DNA of 64,000 nucleotides, taken from positions 1 through 64,000 of the forward strand of contig NW_024056028.1 in assembly GCF_902713615.1 (NCBI RefSeq), read 5' to 3'. The translations under genes were made by a program, and so were the position numbers. This document shows, in pieces, positions 1 to 12,242 of the stretch. Origin of the DNA: Scyliorhinus canicula. Taxonomy: Eukaryota. Each line of letters begins with the position of its first letter. Within the stretch, counting starts at the first letter, position 1. A model generated the notes under the pieces. It worked only from the letters and a program-made list of their open reading frames with translations. It was not told the origin of the DNA and made no database searches.

Positions 1-99
1 CCCGGCCTATGACCCTCACTGACAAAGTCAGCATTAACTGTCCATCCTGTGAAGCCGGATGAGAACCACCTTTTAGATAAGGTGCACTTTGCACTGTTG

Positions 100-520
100 A
101 ATTCACATTTGACTTTATGTAACAGATTCTCTTCGACTGACTGGCTTGCTCGGTAATATCAGAGGTAGTTAAGCGGCAACCACATCATTGCTGAACTAGT
201 TACATATAGTCCAGACAGGGGAAGGCGGGAAGATTTATTTTCCTGAAGGACATTGGTGAACCTGCTGAGCTTTGGGAAATGTCAAGAGCTTCATGAGTAT
301 TATGAATGACACGATGATTTTTATTGCTGATTTATTAATTCATTCAATTATAAAACTATAAGATGTAGGAGCAGAAGTTGGCCATTCGACCCATGTACCT
401 TCTCTGGACGGCCTCCAAAATATCTATCCTTAGGTAAGGAGACCAAAACTGCTCACATCATTGCAATATGCCCTGGTGGAATTTGTACTGCCTCTGGAGT
501 AATAGTTCAGGCCTCCAGAT
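100..520 (-). mobile_element. Degenerate SacSINE1/DeuSINE-like SINE, containing a short CR1 tail fragment
   Basis: Resembles the clearer copies at 39845-40160 and 60085-60410 (ccagacaggggaaggcgggaagatttatttcctgaaggacattggtgaacc; reverse tRNA-like head near 470-520). Confidence 0.5.
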
Positions 521-802
521 TACCAGTCCAGCAACAATATTGCGAAGCAGCCCTAAGGCTGTAATATAATCACATCTAAAAGATGGAACAACTGAAACAT
601 AAAATACTCCTGCATTTGATCACAGGCTGTCGTGAGAGGTGATATTGATTCTCATGAAACAAGACCTATCATGCTTTGCATTTTGACATTACATTCTGAG
701 ATATTGCTCAGTGTATCTAAAGTTCTAATTCTGGGTGCAGCCTTACATGGGTCAATTTAATTTTCAGAGGTTAGTCTTTTATTAGTCTTGTGACTTATTC
801 TT

Positions 803-1013
803 TTATAAATTTAGAGTACCCAATTATTTTTTCCCAATTAAGGGGCAATTTAGCGTGGCCAAACCACCTACGCTGCACATCTTTGGGTTGTGGGGGCGAA
901 ACACGGGGAGAATGTGCAAACTCCACACACCCAGGGACCCAAAGCCGGGATCGAACCTGGGACCTTGGCGCCGTGAGGCAGCAGTGCTAACAACTGCACC
1001 ACCATGCTGCCCC
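803..1013 (-). mobile_element. HE1/V-SINE (short type ending in aattgggtactctaaattt)
   Basis: Reverse complement shows a tRNA-like head (gggcagcatggtgg..gttagcactgctgcctcacgg..ggttcgatccc) and the V-domain gtgtggagtttgcacattctccccgtgt. Confidence 0.85.
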
Positions 1014-1364
1014 GTCTTACATCTTATTTTAACACGATGGTATTGGTGAATGGGAATTCCACTGGCTCCATATAAAATGTCAGTTATTCCAAGAATAGCA
1101 TCTGAATATAAGCAAGGCATAAAAATATATACAACTGGGTCTTCACACTGTATGAGCTGCACGGTCAGAACGGTTGGAAGCTTGGATTGTTTTCCTTAGA
1201 ACCGAGCAGGTTATGGGATGCGTGTAAAAATGGTCAAAATTATGAAGGGTTTTGTTTGATTAATTAGGAAGAAACTTGATTCACTGGCAGGAGGGTCAGA
1301 AAACAGAAGACACTAATTTATGAAATATTAAATCCACCCTCTGATTATAAACCGATCAAATTGT

Positions 1365-1715
1365 AACAGGACGAGACAGGGCGGATGCAGAAAGGATGTG
1401 TCCGATGGCGGGGAAGGTAGAACCAGGGGTCACAGTCTAAGGATACGGGGTAAACCATTTAATACTGAGATGAGGGGTAATATTGTGAACCTGTGGAATT
1501 CTCTACCACAGAGCGAAGTTGACTCCAAAGTATTGTATGTTTTCAAGAAGGAGTTAGATAAAGCGCTTGGGGATCAAAACTCTGACGGAACCAAATGATA
1601 TGGAGGATAATGGGAACAGGTTATTGAGGTGGATGATCAGCCATGATCAGAATGAATAGAGGAGCAGGCTCGAAGGGCAGAATGGTCCACTCCTGCTCTA
1701 TTTTCTATGCACTGT
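1365..1715 (+). mobile_element. CR1 LINE 3' end fragment
   Basis: Translates to the CR1 ORF2 C-terminal motif TRGHSLRIRGKPFNTEMR..VNLWNSLPQ; ends in the CR1 tail aatggtccactcctgctc..ttctatg. Confidence 0.8.
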
Positions 1716-2314
1716 ATTACATCAAATCTGTTTATTCTCATGTTAAATGAGACCCTGTCTTTATTTCTATTAAAGTAATCCCTGTCCCTGTCTATACTAC
1801 ACTACTGTTTGTGCTACACTCAGTTAATAATACGCTAGAATATGCATAGGATTATATTACATTAAGTTCCGTCTCTATTATATTCCACAGGAATTTGTTT
1901 CTTTACATCACACCAGGGCCTGTCCCTGTTGATATTACACCGGACCATGTTCCTGTTGTCTCTCGATATTACAAATGATTGTACATGTTCGCTTGTTTCT
2001 CCAAGTACAATCATCGTTGATTTTGAGATTATGTTAATTCCTGTTAATGTCTATAAGTAGTTGTATTAAATGTGCATTTGCTCTGCTATCATGTGGGCAA
2101 TATTGAGTTGAATATTTTACCAACACCCCAGGAATGAACTGGTCTTGGGAGACATGTCTACATCTGAACACCGGTGCACAGCAATTTCCAAAATTTAGAG
2201 GAAATCTCTGTTTTGTTCATAATTATGAATTTACTCTTGTGTTATGCTCTATCGATTGGAAAGTTTTTTTTCACGATGGTGATTATTTTCATGCCTCGAT
2301 TTATATTAACCAAT

Positions 2315-2485
2315 CACCTGTTCGAATCCCGGGCCTGGGTCACTGTCCGTGTGGATTTTGCACATTCTCCCCGTGTCTGCGTGGGTTTCACCCCCACAAC
2401 CCAAAGACGTGCAGGGTAGGAGGATTGGCCACGCTAAATTGCCCCTTAACTGGAAAAAATAATTGGATACTCTAAATTTATTTTT
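2315..2485 (+). mobile_element. 5'-truncated HE1/V-SINE
   Basis: gttcgaatccc, V-domain, and tail ccccttaactggaaaaaataattggatactctaaattt. Confidence 0.8.
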
Positions 2486-2802
2486 AAAATATATTAACCC
2501 ATCACCTAATGCACTGGCAGAGTTAGACATAACCGTGTTCTCACAGTATCGCCACGATGGTAATGGTGGGCACTCATAGGAGAAATGCCCACCCAATCAT
2601 ACAACACTCATCTGGTTAAGAAGAAAAACTAAAATCGCTGCAAAAACATATTGACCGTTCGTGTAGGTGTGCATATGAAACATTTTTCTTATTTTTTGCA
2701 ACTCCAATCGATCAAGATGTAATGTTATCTTCTGGATTATTTGGTTCACTTTTCGATGTCTTCATATGTCTCTGTCCTAAGCTCTGGTATTCATTCCCTA
2801 CT

Positions 2803-3190
2803 TGTTGAAGAAATTAATAGTCAGCACGTCGAGTTTTCGCCAAAGGTCTTTATTTAACACGAAGTTCGTGGGGGGATTAGATAGACCACAGTCATTCCAA
2901 ATGTCCCCGCTTTACAGAGGTAAGGCAAGCAAGTTACAGTAAGCAATATCTAGGACAGGCCTTGAGTTCCTCGCCTAAGAAAAAATAGTTGTCTGCTGTC
3001 AGCAAAACAGTGTGCAGCTGTATGCTTGTTTAAACTGACTGTTTCATACAGAATTTCTTGACTAAAAATAAGGCTAAATATCCATCATGCTTTGCCAAGT
3101 GCCTATTTCCATGAAATATAGTGAAGCAGCCAGTTAAAATGAATACAGAGTATTCAGGCAACTAATCCGCAAACTAAAGTCCCTTCTACA
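2803..3190 (-). mobile_element. Solo LTR, 388 bp
   Basis: TG...CA termini (tgttgaag...ttctaca); exact 5-bp direct repeat ctact at 2798-2802 and 3191-3195; AATAAA on the minus strand at 2849-2854, about 45 bp from the end. Confidence 0.75.
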
Positions 3191-3289
3191 CTACTCCTCT
3201 TTACGTCAACTCCCTTATTAAAATCATCCCATAACCGGCCTCGTCGACCACGTTTTTAATCGTCTGGCCTATTAACTGTTTACACATAT

Positions 3290-3545
3290 ATTAATCCAGA
3301 CCCTGAGCAGGAATGACTGCAATAGACCCTGCCTCAGTTTATAATATTCTAGATACTGTATGAATAATCACCGCTTTAGATGCTATCTCATTTAAGGTTA
3401 ATCAAACTTTGTATCAGTAATCGCTGCACTACAACGTGTCTCGGTTTATGTTAATCTAGACCCTGTATCAGTAATCACTGCACGAGATTCAATCTCAATT
3501 TAGGTTAATCTACACCCTGCATTAGTGATCATTGCTTTAGACCCT
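3290..3545. repeat. Degenerate minisatellite, ~27/54-bp period
   Basis: Recurrent accctgtatcagtaatcactgcactag and accctgtctcagtttatattaatctag; related arrays at 8700-9010, 9370-9460 and ~12480-12740. Confidence 0.6.
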
Positions 3546-4429
3546 GTCATAGAGTCATGGAGTCTGAGAGTTTCACAGTATAGAAAGATGCCCTTCCACC
3601 CACCATATCTGTGATGGCAATCAAGCCGTCCATAGATGGTCTTCCTACCACAAAATCATAAGACATAGGAGTGGAAACCAGCCTTTCAGTCCATTGAGTC
3701 TGCTCCGCATTCAATCATGACTGTTATGTTTATAATCCCCATTCTCCTGCCTTCTCTCCACAATCCCTGATCTCCTTATTAATCAAGTACCTGTCTATCT
3801 ATATCTTAAAGACACTCAGTGATTTGGCCTCCACAACCTTCTGCGGGAATGAGTTCCACAGATTCAAGACCCTCTTGCTGAATAAATTGCTCCTCTTCTC
3901 AGTTTCGGAGGATCATCCCTTAAATCTGAGGCTGTGCCCTCGGGTTCTAGTTTCACCTAATAGGCCTCTCGCTGTTCTGTAAGTTTCAATGTGACCCCCC
4001 CCCCCCCCCCCCCCCCCCTCCCCCGCCAATCCCACACTCCGCGTCCCCTCCCCCCACATCACTTCATCCTTCTAAACTCTATCCAGCACAGATACAGAGT
4101 CCTCAACTGCTCCTTTTATGAAAAGTCTGTCATTCCGAGGGTCAGTCTTGTGAATCTTCTCTGGAGCTTCTCCAAGGCCTTCTTTAGAAAAGGGGACCAA
4201 AACTGCTCACAATATTTCAAATGGAGTCTGACCAGAGCCTTATGGAGCCTCAACAGTTGCATCCCTGTTCCTGTAATCTAGCCCTCGCAACATGAATGCT
4301 AAAATTGCATTTGCCTACCTTGCTGCCAACCGATCCTGCAAGTTAACCTTAAAATAATCCTCAACTAGAATTCCTAAATCCAATTGAGCTTCTGATTTCC
4401 TCAGCCCTACCCCAATTAGAAAATACTCT

Positions 4430-5848
4430 GGGCGAAATTCTCCGACCCCCACGACGGGTGGGAGAATAGCGGGAGGGCCTTCCCGACATTTTTGCCACCC
4501 CCCCGCTATTCTCCCCCCCCCCCCCGTCGAAGTCCCGACCCGAATCGCTGCCGCCGTTTTTTTACGGCTGGCAGCGATTCTCAGCTGTTAGATGGGCCGA
4601 AGTCCCAGCCCTTTCCGCCGTTTCTACGAACGGCAAACACACCTGGGGCGAGATTCTCCCAAAACGGGTTTTACGGCAGCGCGCCCCTTCCCGACCGGGG
4701 ACCGATTCTGGTCCCCGGTCGGGGCTAGCAGCCCGACGCCGTAGGCTCCGGCAAGACGGGCTTAACGAAAATCGTTAAGCCCGCTTGCTGGAGTTAGCGC
4801 CGGCTGACGCGTCATATGACGTCAGCCGCGCATGCGCAGTTTGGAAGACTCCAACCCACGCATGCGCGGGTGACGTCATCGCGTTTTTGCGCGAAACCCG
4901 CGCATGCGCGGGCCGGGTTGCCCCTCAGCCGCCCCGCGAATGGATACTGCGGGGCGGCGGAAGGACAAGTAGTGCGCGGGCATCGGGCCCGCTGCCCGCG
5001 ATCGGTGGGCACCGATCGCGGGCCCATGGCACCCTTGGCACGGCCGTGGTACTGCCGTGCCAATCGGTGCCATGGTTATAAAAAGCGAGTTTGTGACGCC
5101 GTTTTTACGAACGGCAAGACCAGGTGTGTTTGCCGTTCATAAAAACGGCGGAAAGGGCTGGGACTTCGGCCCATCTAACAGCTGAGAATCGCTGCCGGCC
5201 GTAAAAAAACGGCGGCAGCGATTCGGGTCGGGACTTCGGCGGGGTGGGGGGTGGAGAATAGCGGGAGGGCGGCAAAAATGTCGGGAAGGCCCTCCCGCTA
5301 TTCTCCCACCCGTCGTGGGGGTCGGAGAATTTCGCCCCTGATCTTGCCGTTCGTAAAAACGGCGTCACAAACTCGCTTTTTATAACCATGGCACCGATTG
5401 GCACGGCAGTACCACGGCCGTGCCAAGGGTGCCATGGGCCCGCGATTGGTGGGCACCGATCGCGGGCAGCGGGCCCGATGCCGCGCACTACTTGTCCTTC
5501 CGCCGCCCCGCAGTAACCATTCGCGGGGCGGCTGAGGGGCAACCCGGCCCGCGCATGCGCGGGTTTCGCGCAAAAACGCGATGACGTCACCCGCGCATGC
5601 GCGGGTTGGAGTCTTCCAAACTGCGCATGCGCGGCTGACGTCATATGACGCGTCAGCTGGCACTAACTCCAGCAAGCGGGCTTAACGATTTTCGTTAAGC
5701 CCGTCTTGCCGGAGCCTACGGCGTCGGGCTGCTAGCCCCGACCGGGGACCAGAATCGGTCCCCGGTCGGGAAGGGGCACGCTGCCGTAAAACCCGCCCGG
5801 GTTTTACGGCAGCTTTACGATTTCTCCCGTTTTGGGAGAATCTCGCCC
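4430..5848. mobile_element. Outer PIF/Harbinger-type MITE, interrupted by a second copy
   Basis: TIRs gggcgaaattctcc (4430) and ggagaatctcgccc (5848); 3-bp TSD tct at 4427-4429 and 5849-5851; 4430-4645 plus 5341-5848 is the reverse complement of the inner element. Confidence 0.8.
4646..5337. mobile_element. Inner PIF/Harbinger-type MITE, 692 bp, opposite orientation to the outer copy
   Basis: TIRs gggcgagattctcc and ggagaatttcgccc; 3-bp TSD ctg at 4643-4645 and 5338-5340; GC-rich with many internal hairpins; no transposase ORF. Confidence 0.8.
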
Positions 5849-7334
5849 TCTATGTTTCCTCCAAAGTGCGGAACCTCAAACATTTCTACATTGTATTCCA
5901 TCTGCTACTTCTTTGCCCACTCTCTTGGCCTGACCAGGTGTTTCTACAGCCTCTCTGCTTCCTCAGCACAACCTTTTCCTCTACGTATCTTTGCATCGTC
6001 TGAAAACGTAGAAGCAGTACCCCCAGTTCAAAAGTAATAATAAAAATCTCTATTAGCTTTTACATTACATCAGCTTTTAAAGGCTTCCGTATGCTCTGGC
6101 ATCCCATTAATATTCGCCACATTGTCTGCTTATTCCTTTGCTTTTATGTTGTCCTTGACTTCCCTTGTCAACCATGGATGCCCTGTCCTCCCCTTAGCAT
6201 GGTTCCTCCTCCTTGGGATTAATTTGTGTAGTGCCTCGCGGCGAATAATCCCCAAAACGTCCTGCCACTGCTGTCCCACTATCTTGCCTGCTTCCCATCA
6301 ACTCTGGCCAGCTCCTCCCTTTATCTTTGTAGTTACCTTTATTCAATTGTAATACCGTTACATTTGACTCCAGATTCTACCTCCAAATTGCAGGATGAAT
6401 TCTATCATATTGTGGTCACTGCCCCGTGAGGGTTCCTTCACCTTAAGTTCCCTATTCATGTCTAGCTCATTACACATCAGCAAATGCAGAATTGCCTGTT
6501 GTCGACTGACCTCGATCACAAGCTGCTCCAAAAAACTTCTCATCGAAATTCCACAAATTCAATTTCTTGGAATCTACTACCAACCTGACGTTTCCTGCCC
6601 TCCTGAATATTGAAGTCCCCCATGATTATTGTAATATTGCCTCTCTTATATGCGTTTTTATATCTCCTGATTTATTTTGTGCCCCACATTCTGACTACGG
6701 CTAGGGGGCTGTACGTAACTCTCATCAGCGTCTTTTTTCCTTTGCGATTCGTCAACTCTGCCCACAGGGATCCTATGCCTTCTGACCTTAAACTGCTTCT
6801 TGCTGTCGAGTTAATTTCATTAACACACAATGCAACCCCGCCCTCTTTTCCCATCTGCCTGTCCTTTCGATAGGACACATATCCTTAGATATTTAGATTC
6901 CAGCCCTGATCCCCTCGCAGCCACGTCTCTGTGATGTCCACAACACCGTACCGGCCAATTACAACGCACGCAATGAGTTCATTTACCTTGTTCCGTATAC
7001 TGCGCACATTCAGGTACAACACTCGCAGCTCTGCGTTGACAACCCCTTCTCATCGTTCTCCACTTTTCTGCTGTGCCTGAAGTTGTATACCTGCCACTTT
7101 CCATACTCCCTCCTCTAGTACGTGTTCTGTAAACTTTACTAACCTCCCCTGAGCCCTCGGCCCGTTTTACTCGGTCAATATCCTGATAATTAACCTTCAC
7201 TCTCGCCTTATCTTTTAACTTTGGCTTTCTAATTTTTGATACAAACGACCCCCCCCCCCCTCAAAAATGTAGTTTTAATGCATCACTTCTCAGCATTGAA
7301 TTTTATCTGCCACCTATCTGCCTGTGTACATGAA

Positions 7335-7765
7335 GAAGTCAGCGATTGTTCTCGCTGGAGTTCAGAAGAATGAGCGGGGATCTAATAGAGACTTATAAAA
7401 TTCTAACAGGACTAGACAGTGTAGATGCAGGGAAGATGTTTCAGATGATGGGTGTGTCCAGAACCAGGCCATAGTCTGAGGATTCAGTATTCATTTCGGA
7501 CAGAGATGAGGAGTTATTCGTTCACCCAAAGAGTAGTGAGCCTGTGGAATTCATTACCACAGGAAATAGTTAATCCGAAAACATTGAATATGTTCAAGAG
7601 GCGGCTAGATATAGCACTTGAGGAGAATGGGATCAAAGGCTGTGGGGAGCAATCTGGATTAGGCTATTGAGAGGGATGAGCAGCCATGATCGTGATAGAT
7701 GGCGGAGCAGGCTCGAAGGGCCAAAAGGCCTCCTCCTGCTCCTAACTTCTATGTATCTATGTATG
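7335..7765 (+). mobile_element. CR1 LINE 3' end
   Basis: FRTEMRSYSFTQRVVSLWNSLPQ motif; tail ggcctcctcctgctcctaacttctatgtatctatg. Confidence 0.8.
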
Positions 7766-8164
7766 TAATCCTCTTCCCTGTTTACTACATTGTCAATTTG
7801 GGAGACAAATGCAACTTTTCAATTCATATCCTGTGAACCCGAGTCCCGAGTCCTGTCTATTAATATATAACAGAAAAAGCAGTGCTGCTAATATTACCCA
7901 GTGGAGAATAACACCCTGAACCCCACCCAATCTGAAACAATTGTTAACATCTACACTGTATTCTGTCCATTAGTCACTGTTGTACACATTCTGCTGCTGC
8001 CCCTTTAATCACCTGAGCATCAATTTTCCCCACTTTTCAAATATGACACAGACATTAAGATAGTTGTCCCAGACCTTTCCATTCCTCGTGTCCCATCAGA
8101 ATTCCAAGGACAGCTTTAGTAACGCTCTGCTTGTCTAAACTATTCCGTCAAATTCTCGCAGGTC

Positions 8165-8545
8165 AGGTACAGGACGGGGTTGTATACAGAGCAAAGCTTC
8201 CTGCACACTGAACCAGCAAACACTCTCAGGCCAAATACATCACAGTTTTCAATAAAGAATAAAACTTCCGAAAACCTGTCCCATTATACACTCCCAGGGC
8301 CCCAACAGTAAACATTTAGTTACTGAATAAACTTCGCTTTACAATCTCCCCTCAAATACTCGAAGGACAGGTACAACACAAAGCAAAGTCCCCTCCACAA
8401 CATCCGCCATCTAACATGTGAAGGACAGGTAAAGCGCATGTGAGGAACAGAGTAAAGCTTCCTTTTTGGCGGACCATCAGATACTTGCAGAGCAGGAAAA
8501 ACGCAGGGTATGTGGAGAGTAAAGTTCCCCATACTCCGTCCCATT
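8165..8545. repeat. Degenerate ~65-70-bp tandem repeat
   Basis: Recurrent ggacaggtaca..acagagtaaagcttccc..acactgtcccatcaaacactcccagg-like units. Confidence 0.45.
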
Positions 8546-9654
8546 AATCGGTGTATAAAACAAAGGAATTATTTGTGCAGGAATTTGGTGTGAAAATGTC
8601 CACACACACTAACACTCAGAAAAAAAACACACATATGTCTTAATGTATATAATCTCAAACGTGTAACGGTGAACATCACACTCGGCCCTACATTTATTAA
8701 CATCAATCTTGGGCAGTCCCTGCAATCGACCCTGTCTCGCTTTGTACGAATGTATATCCTGAGTCAGTAATCACTGCATTAGACCTTATCTCAGTTTTCG
8801 TTAATCTAGACCCTGCATCAATAATTACGGCACTAGAATCTGTCTTACTTTACATTAATCTCGACGGTCTATCAGCAATTAGTGCACGAGAACCCTCTCC
8901 AAATTCATATTACTGAACAGCCCCCCCCCCCATCAGAAATCACTGCACTCGACCTTGTCTCGGTTTATATTAATCTAGACCCTGTATCAGAAATTACTGT
9001 ACTAGATCCTGTTTCAGATTATATCTAATTTAGGCTTTTTTGCATTACATAGAACAATAGAAGTATAGAAGCATAGACAATAGGTGAAGGAATAGGCCGT
9101 TCGACCCCTTGAACTTGCTCTTTCATTCATTCTGATCGTGGCTGATCATCCAACTCAGTAAACTGTTCTCGTTTTCCCTCCATATCCTATGATCCCTATT
9201 GCCACAAGAGCTATATATAATTCCTTCCAGTAAACATACAATGCTTTGGCCCCAACTGTTTTGTGTGGTAGAGAATTCCATAGGCTCACCACTCTAGGTC
9301 AATAAATTTCTCCTCATCTATATCCTTAGACTGTGTCCCTGATTCTGGACTCCCCTCCATTAATCATTGCTGCACACCCTGTCTCCGTTATTATGAATAT
9401 TTACCCTGTAACAGTAATCAGTACATTAGAACCCTGCCCCAGTTATTGTGAATCCCGGTCTTTTCAAAGAATCATAGAATCATAGAATCATAGAATCCCG
9501 ACAGTGCACAAGGAGGCCAGTCGGCCCATCAAGTCTGCACCGGCCCTCCAAAACGCCACCCCACTGAGGACCCCTCCTCCATCCTATCCCCATAACCCCA
9601 CTTAACCTTTGTACACTCAGGGAAAATCTTTTAGAATCGCCAATCCACCTAACC

Positions 9655-10495
9655 TTGATTTGATTCATTTTGGAAGGAATAACAGGAAGACAGAGTACTG
9701 GACGAATGGTAAGATTCTTGGCAATGTGGACGAGCAGAGAGATCTCCGTGTCGATGTCCATAGATCCCTGAAAGTTGCAACCCAGGTTGAGACGATTGTC
9801 AAGACGGCGTATGGTGTAGAACATAGAACATAGAACAGTACAGCACAGAACAGGCCCTTCGGCCCTCGATGTTGTGCCGATGGTGTGTTAGCTTTTTTTG
9901 GTAGAGGAATTGAGTTTCGGAGCCATGAGGTCATGTTGCAGTTGTACAAAACTCTGGTGCGGCCGGCTTTGGAGTATTGCGTGCAGTTCTGGTCGCCACA
10001 TTAGAGGAAGGATGTGGAAGCATTGGAAATGGTACAGAGGAGATTTACAAGGATGTTTCCTGGTATGGAGGGAAGATCTTACAAGGAAAGGCTGAAGGAC
10101 TAGAGGCTGTTTTCGTTAGAGAGAACAAGGTTAAGAGGTGACTAAATTGAGGCATACAAGATGATCAGAGGATTAGATAGGGTGGACATTGAGATCCTTT
10201 TTCCTCGGATGGTGACGTCCAGCACGAGGGGACATAGATTTAAATTGAGGGGAAATAGATATAGGACAGATGTCAGAGGTAGATTCTTTACTCAGAGAGT
10301 AGTAAGGTCGTGGAATGCCCTGCCTGCAACAGTAGTGGACTCGCCAACACTAAACGCATTCAAATGGTCATTGGATAGGCAGATGAGCGATAAGGGAATA
10401 GTGTAGATGGGCTTTAGAGTGGTTTTACAGGTCGGCGCAGCATCGAGGTTCGAAGGGCCTGTACTTCACTGTAATGTTCTATGTCCTATGTAACC
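9655..10495 (+). mobile_element. CR1 LINE 3' part (ORF2 with stops), carrying a 62-bp antisense tail insertion at 9818-9879
   Basis: HFGRNNRKTEYWTNGKILGNVDEQRDLRV and FFTQRVVRSWNALP motifs; the insertion is flanked by a 7-bp direct repeat atggtgt (9811-9817, 9880-9886). Confidence 0.85.
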
Positions 10496-10687
10496 TGCGC
10501 ATCTTTGGACTGTGTGAGGAAATTCTCGGTTTCTACTGCACTGCACTGTCTCCACTTGTATCCTTGTTTTAATAATTCCGGTACACCGCCGGCTCTGTTT
10601 ATTTAATGCCAGTTTCTGTACCTATAAATGATGCGATTCTCTCTGCTTTAGTTATTACTGTGCGAGACAATACCAATATTAATCATG

Positions 10688-12242
10688 ATGTGGAGGTGCT
10701 GGCGTTGGACTGGGGTGAGCACAGTAAGAAATCTTACAACACAAGGTTGAAGTCCAACAGGTTTGCATCAAACACTAGCTTTCGGAGCACTGTTCCTTCC
10801 TCAGGTGAATGAAGAGGTATGTTCCAGAAACATATATATCGACAAAGTCAAAGATGCCAGACAATTCTTCGAATGCGAGCATTTGCAGGTAATTAAGTCT
10901 TTACAGATCCAGAGATAGGGGTAACCCCAGGTTAAAGAGGTGTGAATTGTCTCACGCCAGGACAGTTTTTAGGATTTCGCAAACCCAGGCCAGATGGTGG
11001 GGGATGAATGTAATGTGACATGAATCCCAGGCCCCGGTTGAGGCCGCACTCATGTAGGCGGAACTTGGCTATATGTTTCTGCTCAGCGATTCTGCATTGT
11101 TGCGGGTCACCTCACAATGTTCCACTTCTCCACTTCCACCCTAAATATAGTAAAGAATCCATCCCCTATGGACAAGCCCTCCATATACACAGGATCTGCG
11201 CAGACGAGGAGGAGCATAACAGACATCTACAGACGCTGAGTGATGCCCTCACACGAACGAGATATGTGCTTGACTCATCGATCGACAGTTCCAACGCGCC
11301 ACAGCAAGAAAACGCACCAAGCTCCTCAGAAGACAAACACGGGGCACAACCGACTGAGTACCCTTCATCGTCCAGTACATTCCCTGAGCGGAGAAACTAC
11401 GACATCTTCTTCTCAGCATTCAACACATCATCGATGAAGATGAACATATTGCCAAGGTCATTCCCACACCCCCACTACTTGCCTTCAAACAACCACGCAA
11501 CCTCAAACAAACCATTGTTGGCAGCAAACTACCCAGCCTTCAGAACAGCGACCACGACACCACACAACTTTGCCATGGCAATCACTGCAAGATGTGCCAG
11601 ATCATCGACATGGATACCACCATTACATGTGAGAACACCACCCACTAGGTACATACTAGTGCAACTCGGCCAATGTTGTCCACCTCATACGCTGCAGGAA
11701 AGGATGTCCCGTAATGTGGTACATTGCAACAGTGAATGAACGGACATCGCGCAACAATCGCCAGGCAGGAATGTTCCCTTCCAGTCGGGGAACACTTCAG
11801 CAGTCGAGGGCATTCAGCCTCTGATCTCCGGGTAAGTGTTCTCCAAGGCAGCCTACAGGACACGCGATACCGCAGAATTGCCGAGCAGAAATTTATAGCC
11901 AAGTTCCGCACACATGAGTGCGGCCTCAATCGGGACCTGGGATTCATGTCGCATTACATTCATCCCCCACCATCTGCCCTGGGCTTGCAAAATCCTACCA
12001 ACTGTCCTGGCTTGAGACAATTCACACCTCTTTAACCTGGGGTTACCCCTATCTTTAGATCTGTAAAAATTTAATTACCTGCAAATGCTCGCATTCTAAG
12101 CATTGTCTTGCATCTTTGAATTGTCTACATATATGTTTCTGGAACATACCTCTACATTCACCTGAGGAAGGAGCAGTGCTCCGAAAGCTAGGGTTTGAAA
12201 AAAACCTGTTGGACTTTAACCTGGTGTTGTAAGACTTTTTAT
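10688..12242 (+). mobile_element. Penelope-like element: RT C-terminus and GIY-YIG region, with an inverted copy of its own 3' end at the left
   Basis: KESIPYGQALHIHRIC and GHRATIARQECSLPVGEHFSSRGHSASDLRVSVLQ..EQKFIAKFRTHECGLNRDLG; ~10714-11098 is the reverse complement of ~11870-12238; 13-bp TSD aatattaatcatg at 10675-10687 and 12243-12255. Confidence 0.85.
12159..12193 (+). ncRNA. Minimal hammerhead ribozyme-like motif in the Penelope pseudo-LTR (inverted copy at 10773-10807)
   Basis: cac-CTGAGGA-a-GGAGC-agt-GCTCC-GAAA-GCTA: CUGANGA core, 5-bp stem II, GAAA, palindromic AGCU stem III. Stem I is mutated here but intact in the 10773-10807 copy. Confidence 0.55.

Larger units (their letters stand above)
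3655..7200 (-). mobile_element. Decayed CR1 LINE split by the nested MITEs at 4430-5848, with an internal deletion
   Basis: CR1 tail at 3655 (cataagacataggag), RT C-terminal remnants continuous across the MITE junction (aaaatac-tct-atgtttcctccaaagtg), and endonuclease remnant GGVALCVNE..SLWAELTNRKGKKTL at 6672-6878. Confidence 0.75.

Noticed and set aside
3236-3250. Minus-strand tggtcgacgagg resembling a tRNA-Ser primer-binding site, and a purine run next to the LTR resembling a PPT
   Set aside because: The exact 5-bp TSD closes the LTR at 3190, so the flank is host DNA; the match is short, gapped and on the wrong side for a PBS.
4492-5675. Several 80-180-aa ORFs on both strands
   Set aside because: They are by-products of the GC-rich, stop-poor palindromic MITE and show no transposase or Myb-like motifs.
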